Source: Azolla caroliniana (Eukaryota; Plantae; Polypodiophyta). Taken from it: DNA of 64,000 nucleotides. Under the pieces are notes generated by a model that had not been told where the DNA came from, ran no database searches, and saw nothing but the letters and a program-made list of their open reading frames with translations. Position 1 is the stretch's first letter. The number at the start of each line of letters is the position of its first letter. Where the stretch lies: positions 14,880,001-14,944,000 of the forward strand of contig JBHGNT010000003.1 in assembly GCA_043228905.1 (NCBI GenBank). Direction: 5' to 3'. Made by a program: the position numbers and the translations under genes. Positions 13,063-23,899 of the stretch are shown here, piece by piece.

Positions 13063-13064
13063 TG

Positions 13065-13215
13065 TGTTAGCCAACCGGCAAAGAGTGGAGGACAGTCCAG
13101 AATATGAAAGGGCAGGAATAATCGGAAGCTGTTATTAGAATATTAAGTAATTAAGTAGATTTTAGAGAAGTGAACGGACGGACCGGAATCGGTATGCCGA
13201 TCCGGATTTGGACCA
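13065..13215 (+). repeat. 5' part of Gypsy A 3' LTR, interrupted by Gypsy B
   Basis: Near-identical to 1734-1888; switches to TGTTACCCGG at 13216. Confidence 0.88.
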
Positions 13216-14492
13216 TGTTACCCGGCCGACAAAGGAGTTAAAGACCAGAATGTGAAAGGGATTGTTATTCGGAACCTATTTTAATTAAGTAGAATAGATT
13301 ATAGTTAAGTAGTGAACAGACGGACTGGAATCGGTATGCCGATCCGGATCCGGACCCGTTCCGAATAGGTGCCGGTTGGCACCGTTTTGTACGCAGCATC
13401 GGTGACCTATATAAAGGCCCGGTTACAATGTAAAACTTTAACGGAGAATTAATATAAGCTTCTTGTTTTATCTTCACGTATTGATTACCGTTCTGTATTA
13501 ATTGTTATATCTTACGCGTGTATTAAGTGAATGCCCTATTGCTAAGTAGCCAATTAAGTCAGATTAATCGTTGTCTTAAGTTATCTCGCCGTAACACCCC
13601 TTTGGTGAAGTGTCTTCTGGAGACACCCTGTTTTAGGCCATTGTCTGGCCCTAAGGATTAACACAGTTTTTGGCGACCACGATTCCTGCACAATTGCAGT
13701 GAACAATGGCGGGAATTGATGACGTGACCAACGAACGACCCGGTTATGGAGCGGGCAAGGAGACTTGCTGAAAGGCTAAGGAAGTGAGAGGCTTTCCAGC
13801 AAGCGGCAGAAGAAATCAGAGTGGATTGCTCATTTTCCAAGGTGATCTGGAGAGTGGCCAAGGAATCACTTCGATTACCACAAAACGACTACCCGGACGA
13901 AGGAAGCGGCCTAAGCAACCTTCGGGAAGCGGAATCCCTTCTCCAGGCATTGGTAGTGGGCGAAGGCGAATCCCTTCTCCAGGCATTTGAATCGGGTTCG
14001 GACAGGGAATACAACGCAAAGAAGAACTACCACAGCAGTAACGACACCCCAGACGGACCAAAGGACGAGGAGTCGGATACCTTGCCGACACCGGAACCAG
14101 AATTGACAAGGCTGGAACCTCCGGCACTGGAAGTCAACCACACTCCGGAACCAGAAGTCGAGGAAGAGAGACCTTCGACACCGAAAGTTGAGGAGGAGAA
14201 GCCTCTGACACCGAAAGAGGAGCAGGGAAGACCTCCAACGGCGACAGAAGACCAAGAAAAACCTCCGACACCGAAAGAGGAGGAGGAACGACCACCGACA
14301 CCACCAACCCATGTACCGACAACAAACGACGATATGTCGTTCCAATATCCCAGATACCGGGATGATCCGGATGCGGAAGCCCACGTCCATGCGTTTCAAC
14401 AGACCTAGGAGGCAAACCATGTGTCCCAACGCTTAAATGCAGTCGAAGAGGAGCGCACCAAAAGGGTAGAGTTCGGCATGACCTTGGAGGGC
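13216..14492 (+). mobile_element. Gypsy B (sister family of A): 5' LTR 13216-13663, PBS 13671-13680, truncated gag
   Basis: TGTTA...TAACA LTR homologous to LTR A; gag shares FQYPxYRDDPDAEAH with A; ends abruptly in Copia sequence. Confidence 0.88.
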
Positions 14493-15221
14493 GGGATGTA
14501 GTCTTTCTAGAAGACAAGACAATTGAAGACTGGAAGCAATAGAAGTTGGGATCGACTCCCCAGTCAACCTCAACTACCATTGACTTAAGACCAAATGTGT
14601 CGTCACCGGTAGCTGTAAGGAGATAGTTGGCCGACAGAGCCGAATCCGAGTTGGTCAACTCGGAAAGACCAACAGACTATGAGTCAGAGTCGGCAGACTT
14701 GCTACAATCAATTGAGGAATATGAGTTGGATTTGTCCAACTTGGAGATGCCGATTGATGAGCAGAATCTCGAGCAAAGAGAAGAGTTGGTAGAGACATCC
14801 AGAACAGAGCCAACAACAAGTGGACGAAGGTACCCACTCAGAGAAAGGAAGGCGCCAATTACATATGCCAGTCAATATATCCTCTTGACTGATGACGGTG
14901 AAACAGAGTGCTATGAAGAAGCCATTGCCGACGAGAGCAGAGCAAAATGGTTGAACGCGATGCAAGTGTTGTAGGTTTTAGAGTTAGGGTTAGGGTTAAG
15001 GATGATGATGGTTAACGATGATGAAGATAGACATGGTGAAATAGCAAAGATGATGAAGAGTATGATGGTGAGAGAGATTGACATGAAGATGTTGAGAATT
15101 ATTGAGAAGCATTGTGGGGTAAGGATGACATTGATGAGCATTGCGGGGTGGGGGGTGGTGCCTAGAATGGCTCCACCCCCCTCCCAAGGGGGTTCAACGT
15201 TGAGGAGGAGAGAGAGAGAGA

Positions 15222-16400
15222 GAGTTCAGAAGGCGGGGGTTCTCTGAGTGTAGGTTCTCGTCTGATGATCTTGCAGCGCCTTGGTGCTTCTGTGCTCCTG
15301 GGTTCTCGAAAGTAGAGGGTTTCCACGCGCAGTGGTTTTTCTCTGTGCATTCTGGCGCCTTTTTCGAGTGTGTGCACGTCGTGTACTAAAATAGCATTAT
15401 GTCCTGTGGTGGCGCTTTAAATGCCCACTATGTACCTTTTCGCTCCTCGCTCTTTCATCCATTCATTCCTCGCTTTTGAATGATTACTTCCTTTTTTCTT
15501 TTCTTTTTTTCTGTTAGTGTGACGTTACTTGTCCGTTGGTCCTATCGGACCCTTACCGGCCTCATTCTCCCCAGTTATCGGCTCGCCGTCTCTGCTGTCT
15601 TGGTGGTTGCCGTTTCCCTCAACGGCGTCGGTCCTTTGCTCAAATGGGTTCTTAGGCATCGGTCCTCTATATGGCTTCAATCGAAATCCATTGACCCATT
15701 TGCCTAGCACTTCGCCAACAAGTGTCCCTAACTGGTAGGACCTATTATACTCACGTGTCAGCCAATACGGTCCGGTCCATCTAAACCGTAGTTTACCCGG
15801 CATCTTGCCCATCCGGGTCTGAAATACTAACACCGGTTTGCCGATTGCGAACATTTTTTCGTTTCCTTTCCTGTGTCGGTCGACAAATGCTTTCCGTCGC
15901 CGTTGTTCCAATTCTAAGTGCAGGATGCTTGCCAGTCGTTGTTCCTCGAGTTCACACAACGTTGTTAACCGTATTGCCTCCGACTCCTTCTCGTTCAGCC
16001 GTTCCCGTAGCTGGATCCGTAAGCTGGGTACTTGGAATTCCACCGGCATTACCGCCTCTAGTCCGAACGCTAACCGGAACGGTGTTGTTCGGATGCTTGT
16101 TTTATATGTCGTCCGGTATGCCCAAAGCGCGCTATGTAGCTTGGTATCCCAATCCGTTCGGTTTTCGTTGACGATCTTCCGAAGGATATTCTGGAGCGTT
16201 TTGTTCGTCGATTCCGCTAACCCGTTCGCTTGCGGATAGTATGGTGTGCTCCGTTTATGGACAATGGCATAGAATGTCGTCAGGATTTCAACTACTTGGC
16301 CGAGAAAGTGCCCCCCTTGGTCGCTTATTAATTCGATTGGGCATCCGTAACGGCACCAGATGTACTCGTATAGAAATTTCGCCGTTGACGCAACGGTGTT
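15222..16400 (-). mobile_element. Fragment of an A/B-type Gypsy (integrase C-terminus, linker, start of extra ORF) embedded in the LTR of element C
   Basis: ORF 15525-16412 closely matches Gypsy A integrase (YYPQANGLAE, TPFRLAFGLEAVMP); no LTRs of its own; flanked by an ~85 bp direct duplication of host LTR. Confidence 0.85.
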
Positions 16401-16481
16401 ATTGATGAGCATAGTGGGGTGGGGGGTGGTGCCTAGAATGGCTCCACCCCCCTCCCAAGGGGTTCAACGTTGAGGGGGAGA

Positions 16482-17307
16482 GATAGATAGATTATATTAT
16501 CGTCTTCGGAGGTCAAATATGACCTATGAGACCAAAAATATTACATTTCACGTGATATGTGTGAAAGTGAATAGTGACTCTCGATGTTCAAGAACTTTAC
16601 CAATGAATGTTGCAATCGAGAGTGCACATTGTGGTTGTGAGAGGAATTCATGCAAAGATTGGGCTCGATCGAAGAGATGTGTAAAGCATGGTCGAATATG
16701 ATCAAAGGCAGAGCATTGTATCAAAGTGTGATACTCAGACTCGCGAACTTGTTTAGGGCAAAGTGCGCATAGCCGACCACTCTCATCACTTGTACCCCAA
16801 CGCCCTGTTTCACATCGCAATGCATGTGAGCTAAGTCGCATGGAAGCAATGGTTCGAATGGAAGATAACGGTATGGGCTCTAACATGTATGGATGTGTAC
16901 GATTTCCCCGTTCCGCGAAGAATATGGTTTTGTAGTTAGGTGCAACATGTGTAGTATAATGTGTGAAGCGTGAGCCTCCACATTTGTCCCATGTCATGAT
17001 ACATTGGCGTTGCAAAAATGCCTCATTTACAGAGGAATCTAATGATGCATCATGAAGCAAGTGTCTCGCATCCCATCTACCAAACCATTTTTCTATATCT
17101 TGCATCCAACCGGAACACAAAATTTTGCTTTTATGTGTCTTTTGGATCTTTTTGCTTGCTTCCCACACAATTCTAGGAAGTCGATGTGAGGGACTTTTTT
17201 GAACCTTAAGCATGTATTCAACAACCCTTTCCATGGCCATGATCTCAATGGGAAGCGATCCCGTCTCAAGGAGGAGGAGGGTGTAGGGCGTTTGTTTCTT
17301 AACTTGT
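16482..17307 (-). mobile_element. 5'-truncated LINE 3' end (RTEX/L2-like) inserted in a (GA)n tract
   Basis: LLETG..P, RLSSHALRCETGRW and RLCALC...ESEYH...C C-terminal zinc-finger motifs; short (TATC)n tail; GA repeats on both sides. Confidence 0.75.
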
Positions 17308-17628
17308 AGAGAGAGAGAGAGAGAGAGATGAAAAGAGAGATAGAGAGAAATGTTCATTTTATTTTTCATTCATTCCCCATAAGGGGTTAAATAGTACAAG
17401 AGGGGGGTAGATACAAAGGGGTGTAAGCCCCATTGAGCATTCATACTGGACACTCACTCATACCTCCTCGTATCCATCCACATGCACACACGTGTGCATG
17501 TGTTCACATACGTATCGACTCACAATTACATTTATGCCCCCTACCCATACACAACAACATTATGATAACATTCGACCCTCGCTCATCACACTTGACTCTC
17601 CGTACATCTCGTACGAGGTAACACAATA

Positions 17629-17644
17629 TGGCACGCCTGTGGGA
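17629..17644 (+). promoter_or_regulatory. Second, inward-facing PBS-like site of element C in place of the PPT
   Basis: TGGCACGCCTGTGGGA 5 nt from the LTR boundary; matches the reverse complement of the Gypsy A site at 15 of 16 positions. Confidence 0.7.
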
Positions 17645-19933
17645 AAGTGCCTTGCACGTCGATCCCACATGCCTTGATGATGATATTTCGTTGACCGGAA
17701 CTTCCATCGGTCCTTTCAACGATCGACTCCCTCGATCGGAATGCTTGACTCGAACACATTTGTTGGTTAGCAAATCTTCCGCGACACGAACATTCTCGTT
17801 CTGTCGACTTACGAACTTCGTAAAATCATTTGGGTCGTCAAAAATATGTTGTACGTATGTGTGTTCTTCCTTTGTTTTGAGTTGTGTGTGGTCGATCACG
17901 TCCATTTCTTTAGGTGGATGAGTTTTCAAAATTTTGTATGTGCCCTTAGATTTTAAAATTTAAAATTTTAAAATTTTTATTTTTATTTTTTCAATGCCAT
18001 CATGTTTTTCGAAATTCTTCGAATGCCCTCAAGTTTTCAAAACTCCTCGAATGCCCCTTATCGTTCTCTTTTTTCCGTTTTTGTCGTTTTCTTTTTCTTG
18101 CCTCGTCTTCCTTCCTCTTTCTTTCTGTTTTCTTTTCCCGCTTCTCTACTTGCCTTCCTATCTCTCCTCTCTTCTTCTGTTGTTCTTCTGTATTTGTCTT
18201 TCTCTTCCTTGCTCATTTTTCTCCATCCTCTGTCTTAAGCCTTCTCTGCCTTCTCTTCTATACTCTCTACTTTCTTCTCTGTGTGTTCTAGTTCCTTCTC
18301 TCATTCCATGGTCTCTCTGTCACTATCTCCATTTCTTTGTCTCTATCGTCTACCGGCCACTCGTGACCGTTGGTTGTCGCCGCTCCTCTATCTGTCGCCG
18401 ATACTATCCGGCCTGTTGTTTTGGCGTCAGTTGTCCAGCCTTTCTAGGCGCATTTCAGCCACTCCGGCCATTCCGGCTGCATTTCGACCATTTCTGTGCA
18501 TTTCAGCCGCCTCGACCGCAACCGGCTCCTTTCCGGTGGCTGCCCTTGTTTTGTCGTCATCATCGTTGTTCCGACAGCTCTTTGATTGCTTGTCCTTCTG
18601 GTCCTGCATCCGTGGTTGTCTCCATCTACATATTGGTGTATCTCCTTTCGACCGGTTGTCGTCTCTGTCCATCTATGCCTCGTTTGTTGTTGTGTGTGTC
18701 TGTTTGGCCCTTCGTTTCAGCGTCATCTCCGATCCGGTCGTCGATTGTTCAGCCACCGCCATCGCTCTGGCCGGTTCCGTCTCTGTCCGGGCCTATCTGG
18801 CCACTCCGGCCACTGGTCGGCTATTCCGTCCGCTTTGGCCGCTCCTTGGCTCTCGGTTGCTTCGGTTGCCTCCGTTGCGGACTCCATCATCGTCTCTATC
18901 GGTTTCGTCGTCGTCCGACACCGTCCGTCATCCTGGCGGCATGTCTGCTTCCCTGACCTTGTCCGGCCCTCCGGCTGCTATCGGTTGGTGATGACCGTTC
19001 CTGAAGCCTCTCTCATCTTCGTCGGCCCTGTCCGGCCGGTCTACAGTCGCGTGGCCGGTTTGTTCAGTCGTCATCCGGTTGTCAGCCGTTGATATCTGAC
19101 GGTTGTCTCTCCGTCCGTCACTTTTCGGCGTCACTGTTGCTGTTTCGGCTCTGTCTACTCTGACGGCCGCCCTGCCATTACGGCCGCTTTGGTGCCAACT
19201 AACTCTTGTTCTGGTTCCAACTTTTTCCGCGTTGCTTCTCTGGAAACTGGAAACTGTGAACACGTCCCATTCCGGTCCCGCACATCTTGCTGGCCCATGC
19301 TCCACACATTGACGCACACGTTGCTGCTAACCGCACATTTGCACATTGTCATTTCCATTCTTGCACACTCATGTAATGCCATCGTTTTGCAACTTGTTTT
19401 GCAACTTCCTCTCATGCATTGACACCGTTTTTGTACATCTTGGCCCACATTTCTCGGATATTTAGGGCAAAAACAGACCACACAAAACATTCACATATAG
19501 AGATTAATTCGTTGTAGAATTATGCAGCAGTCAATCTTGTCAATCTTCCATTTTTTATTTCTTCCGCCTTTTGCTGCATATCGCCATCATTACCCGGACA
19601 TCTCTTACATATCATCATCACTATGCCTCACATTGTCGTGTATCATTCTTCGACTCCGTCTCCAAAGAGGGGTTGCCTTAGTGGTCGCCACAAGGTGTTG
19701 TAGGTTTTAGAGTTAGGGTTAGGGTTAAGGATGATGATGGTTAACGATGACGAAGATCGACATGGTGAAATAGCAAAGATGATGAAGAGTATGATGGTGA
19801 GAGATATTGACATGAAGATGTTGAGAATTATTGAGAAGCATTGCGGGGTAAGGATGACATTGATGAGCATTGCGGGGTGGGGGGTGGTGCCTAGAATGGC
19901 TCCACCCCCCTCCCAAGGGGTTCAACGTTGAGG

Positions 19934-19982
<49 letters not shown>

Positions 19983-22363
19983 AAAGAGAGATAGAGAGAA
20001 ATGTTCATTTTATTTTTCATTCATTCCCCATAAGGGGTTAAATAGTACAAGAGGGGGGTAGATACAAAGGGGTGTAAGACCCATTGAGCATTCATACTGG
20101 ACACTCACTCATACCTCCTCGTATCCATCCACATGCACACACGTGTGCATGTGTTCACATACGTATCGACTCACAATTACATTTATGCCCCCTACACATA
20201 CACAACAACATTATGATAACATTCAACCCTCGCTCATCACACTTGACTCTCCGTACATCTCGTACGAGGTAACAGCAAGAGGAGTTGGAATCTTTGCACG
20301 CGAATTACACCTACGACCTTGTAGAGCTGCCAAAAGGTAAGAGAGCACTTAGGAATAAGTGGGTCTACAAGGTGAAGACTGGAGAAGTCAACAACGAGCC
20401 CAAGTATAAAGCCTGCATAGTGGTGAAGGGTTTCCAACAAATGAAGGGCGTCGATTTTGATGAAATATTCGCACCAGTTGTGAAGATGACATCCATACGA
20501 ACTGTTTTGAGCATAGCGACCAACATGGACCTGGAGATCGAACAGTTGGATGTCAAAACCGCATTTTTGCACGGGGAGCTAGAAGAAGAAATCTACATGC
20601 AGCAACCCGAAGGCTTTGAGGAGAAAGGGAAAGAGAATCTAGTGTGTCAACTAAGGAAAAGCTTGTAGGATTGAAACAAGCTCCACGCCAATGGTACAAG
20701 AAATTCGAGTCCTTCATGATGGAACATTAGTTCCAGAAAACACAGGCCGATCATTGTGTGTCCGTCAAAAGGTACAAGGAAGGAGATTTCTTGATTCTCT
20801 TGTTATACATTGATGACATGTTGATAGTCGGCCAAGATGCAAGGAAGATTGGAAGCTTGAAGAAAGCTCTCGGAAAATCATTTGCCATGAAAGACCTTGG
20901 ACTAGCAAAGCAAATCCTAGGAATGCACATAACCCGAGACAGAGCTCGGAAGGTGCTATGGTTGTCACAACAGAAGTATGTGATGAAGATCCTAGAGAGA
21001 TTCAACATGTCAGATGCAAAGCCGGTCGGCTCTGTGTTGCCGACAAATTGCAGATTAAATATGAAGCAGTGTCCGAAAGGGCAGAAGGAAAAGGTTGAGA
21101 TGAAGAAGGTACCATATGCCTTGGCCATCGGCAGTCTAATGTATGCTATGGTCTGTACAAGACCGGACATAACATTTGTTGTGGGAGCAGTAAGCCGATA
21201 TATGAGTAATCTAGGGAGAGAACACTGGGCAACAGTGAAGTGGATACTCAAGTACTTAAAGGGCACCTCAGGTGTGTGCCTAAGGTATGGTATCGGAAAA
21301 CCTATGCTGGAAGGTTTTACCGAATCGGACATGTCAGGAGATGTCGAATCGAGCCGATCCACGTCAGGATGTGTGATGACCTATGCAGGGGGAGCAGTGT
21401 CGTGGCAGTCACGACTGTAGAAGTCTGTAGCCATATCAACTATAGAGGCAGAGTATATGGCAAGGGTAGAAGCCGGAAAAGAGCTGATTTGGATGAGAAA
21501 TTTTCTGACCGAACTAGGCATGAAGCAAAAGGAGTTTTTGCTTCACTGTGACAGCCAAAGCGCCATACACCTAGCCAAGAACGCGGCATACCACTACTAG
21601 ACCAAGCACATATAGAGAAGGTATCATTGGTTGCCGGAGAGAGTCGAAGATGGAGAGTTTGCTCTTGTGAAGATCCATAGTGACGACAATGGATCCGACA
21701 TGCTGACGAAGAACCTACCTATGGATAGACTCAAAATCTGTCGACGAAATACATGACTGACAAATTTCCTCCCACAAGAGTGAAGGGGGAGTTTGTTAGG
21801 AATATGTCCCTCTAGTGGGAGGATGATCCGACTATTCGGAAAGCCGATAGTCGAAGAGTCGGAAAACAGGAGCCGAGTTTTATAAACAGAAACCGGAATC
21901 GCATAAATAGCCAACTCGGGAGACTATACTTGTAAATAGTCTAAGAGTGCGCCCGATAAGGGCTACGTATGTAAATAGCCTGAAAAGTTGTGTAGGTATA
22001 TATATGCAACTAGGGAAAACTTTAACTGTGTGACAAATAGAGTAGAAACAAAAGGTGTAGTGCGTAGGTGAGTGTGTGTGAGAGAGAGAGTGTGTGTGCG
22101 TGAGCCACGCCATAGCTGAGTGAGTAACAGCAGACGCGAAGAGCCCTGTGCGGCTGATACATTCGACAGAGTGTTGTATTCCTCTCGGTGTTGTATATCC
22201 ATTTTGCATAGTGAATTTCTGTGCACCCGTGGTTTTCCTCGTTTTAGGGTTTTCACGTAAATCTCTGTGTACATCTATTTATCTTGTCTTTCTGCCATTT
22301 TGTGAATCGTATTTTAGCGCGTAGTTCGATAATCGTGATTAATTCCGCAACGATTTCTCAACA

Positions 22364-23350
22364 ATTCCACCAAGGTTGTTTGGTTTATCAGCCCCTAGAA
22401 GGCATTCATGTGCTCTGTCATTCTGGAGTCGTCTTGATATCTGAGTCTCACTATCTTCCAGAAGACCAAGACTCTATTTACGTCATTCTTCTTCTTAAAC
22501 ATGATGTCTATCTTCTCCCAGAGTTCATGACCCTTACTCTCTTCATTGAAGTTGTTGTATAGGCTCATCTCGATGAAGCATCGAATATAGGCTATCATCT
22601 TCATATGCATCACCTCCCATGTTGATGCATCAATCTTGTTTGGTCTTTTGTTCCTGACTTGTACCCGCAGCCAAAGATCTTTAACCACGAGCATGTTTCT
22701 CATCTTCGACTTCCACCCTGAGTAGTTGTAGCCAGTGAGCTTGAACATGCCGCCGAATGGATCTTCCATGCTTTGATACCAGATTGTGCGGAATAGTGCT
22801 AGGCCACAACCGAGTTTCACTCACTTGATGGAAGAAAATAAAAAACAAAAAATAAGACGACACAAAGTATTAACGTGGAAAACCTCAAGAGGCAAAACCA
22901 CAGGAGTTCTCGCAACTCCGAATAGGAACACTATAGAGGAGAGGTACAACAATGTGAGACTCAGAGGCAACAACCTCAAGTTCTACCTTCGCCAACTGAC
23001 GATTACAACAGAAAAGCCTCTCTCTCTCTCTCTCGTAAGTACCATACCCTAGTGGTAAGTTGTTAACACTACCAGCATTTCATCGTGGAATCTAAACCCA
23101 ATCTCCTCACCTCTCTATTATATACTTCATATACTCTTAATTCACTAGATGCCACTATGGAATGTAGGGGTTGAACCCATGACAACCTAGTCTCCATTGG
23201 GCAACCTTATCAACTGAGCTACATCCATCTGGGCTCTCTCTCTCTCTCTCTCTCTGTACAACAATACAACTACAATGATGATCACTACTTATAAAAGTGT
23301 TGCCCTAGTTATATTTATACTTATATAAATTTGGGGCTATTTATAAATAT
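22364..23350 (-). mobile_element. Copia 5' end: LTR (from 22785 rightwards, far end uncertain), tRNA-iMet PBS 22770-22781, gag start
   Basis: TGGTATCAAAGC on minus strand; gag MFKLTGYNYSGWKSKM...LWEK...HMNAF. Confidence 0.8.
23035..23233 (-). mobile_element. tRNA-derived SINE inserted in a (CT)n tract
   Basis: Minus strand GGATGTAGCTCAGTTGA (A box) and GGTTCAACCC (B box) followed by an unrelated tail; CT repeats on both sides. Confidence 0.65.
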
Positions 23351-23899
23351 GACCTCAACGGTCATGTCGAAACATATTTACTAATATGTTCCTATTTTCT
23401 GGTTCATATCGGATTCGGCCAGACTCCTTCCGGATCCATTTGATCCGGTCTCCGGATCTATCCAGTCCGGTTCCTTCCTTCGTCCTGTCTGATCCGACTC
23501 GTCTAGCTCTCATTGGGATCCCATTCGGAGGGACCTGTTTCCTGACATAAATATGAGGCCTAGCTACCCTCATTTGATACATTATCAACTACGTCGAGAC
23601 TCCGTCATTGTGGTGGGTCAACTCTTGTAGCGAGCGCGTCAGCACCAGGTATGACTCGACGCCACAACAGTGGTATGGGACGCCGATCGAGGCTCAAGTC
23701 CGTCTCGATCCCTTCACTCGGGGGTGGTCGGGTGGATCAACACCCTTCTTTCTCTCTTCTCTCTTATCTATTTATCGATTAAATCCGTATCATATGCATA
23801 CATTAGTAGGTGGCTCTAACAGTGATCGTGGGAGGTCTAACCGAGGACCAAACGATTCTAGTTAATTCAATCGAGATGTACAAGGAAAACACGGAGTTT

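Larger units (their letters stand above)
1734..13215 (+). mobile_element. Non-chromovirus Ty3/Gypsy element A (LTR-gag-PR-RT-RH-IN-extra ORF-partial LTR), decayed
   Basis: 5' LTR 1734-2199, PBS 2207-2216, gag/pol fragments 2255-7850, extra ORF to ~13010, homologous 3' LTR start at 13065; PR-RT-RH-IN order, no chromodomain. Confidence 0.92.
14967..20274 (-). mobile_element. Non-autonomous LTR element C (LARD-like, no gag/pol) with 5 bp TSD GCAAG
   Basis: GCAAG at 14962-14966 and 20275-20279; LTRs 19696-20274 (intact) and 14967-17623 (interrupted); PBS on minus strand at 19681-19690; internal 17624-19695 low-complexity with no recognisable TE protein. Confidence 0.9.
14493..22363 (+). mobile_element. 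5'-truncated Ty1/Copia (end of IN, RT, RNase H, PPT, 3' LTR 21794-22363), split by the element at 14967-20274
   Basis: RDVVF motif at 14493, KWVYKVK, LDVKTAFLHG, LYIDDM, TRPDI, CDSQSAI, TKHI; PPT GAAGGGGGAG before TGTTAGG; LTR ends TCTCAACA; frame rejoins across the GCAAG duplication. Confidence 0.92.

Noticed and set aside
14976-15000. Interstitial telomere (TTAGGG x2)
   Set aside because: Only two units and an integral part of LTR C, also present at ~19710.
14996-15247. Met-rich short ORFs in LTR C
   Set aside because: Arise from (GAT)n-like repeats in the LTR; no coding evidence.
17994-19092. Long overlapping ORFs in element C
   Set aside because: Low-complexity pyrimidine/CG-rich sequence open in several frames, no domain motifs.
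23150-23230. Functional tRNA gene
   Set aside because: Degenerate boxes, no convincing cloverleaf, attached tail and microsatellite flanks indicate a SINE.
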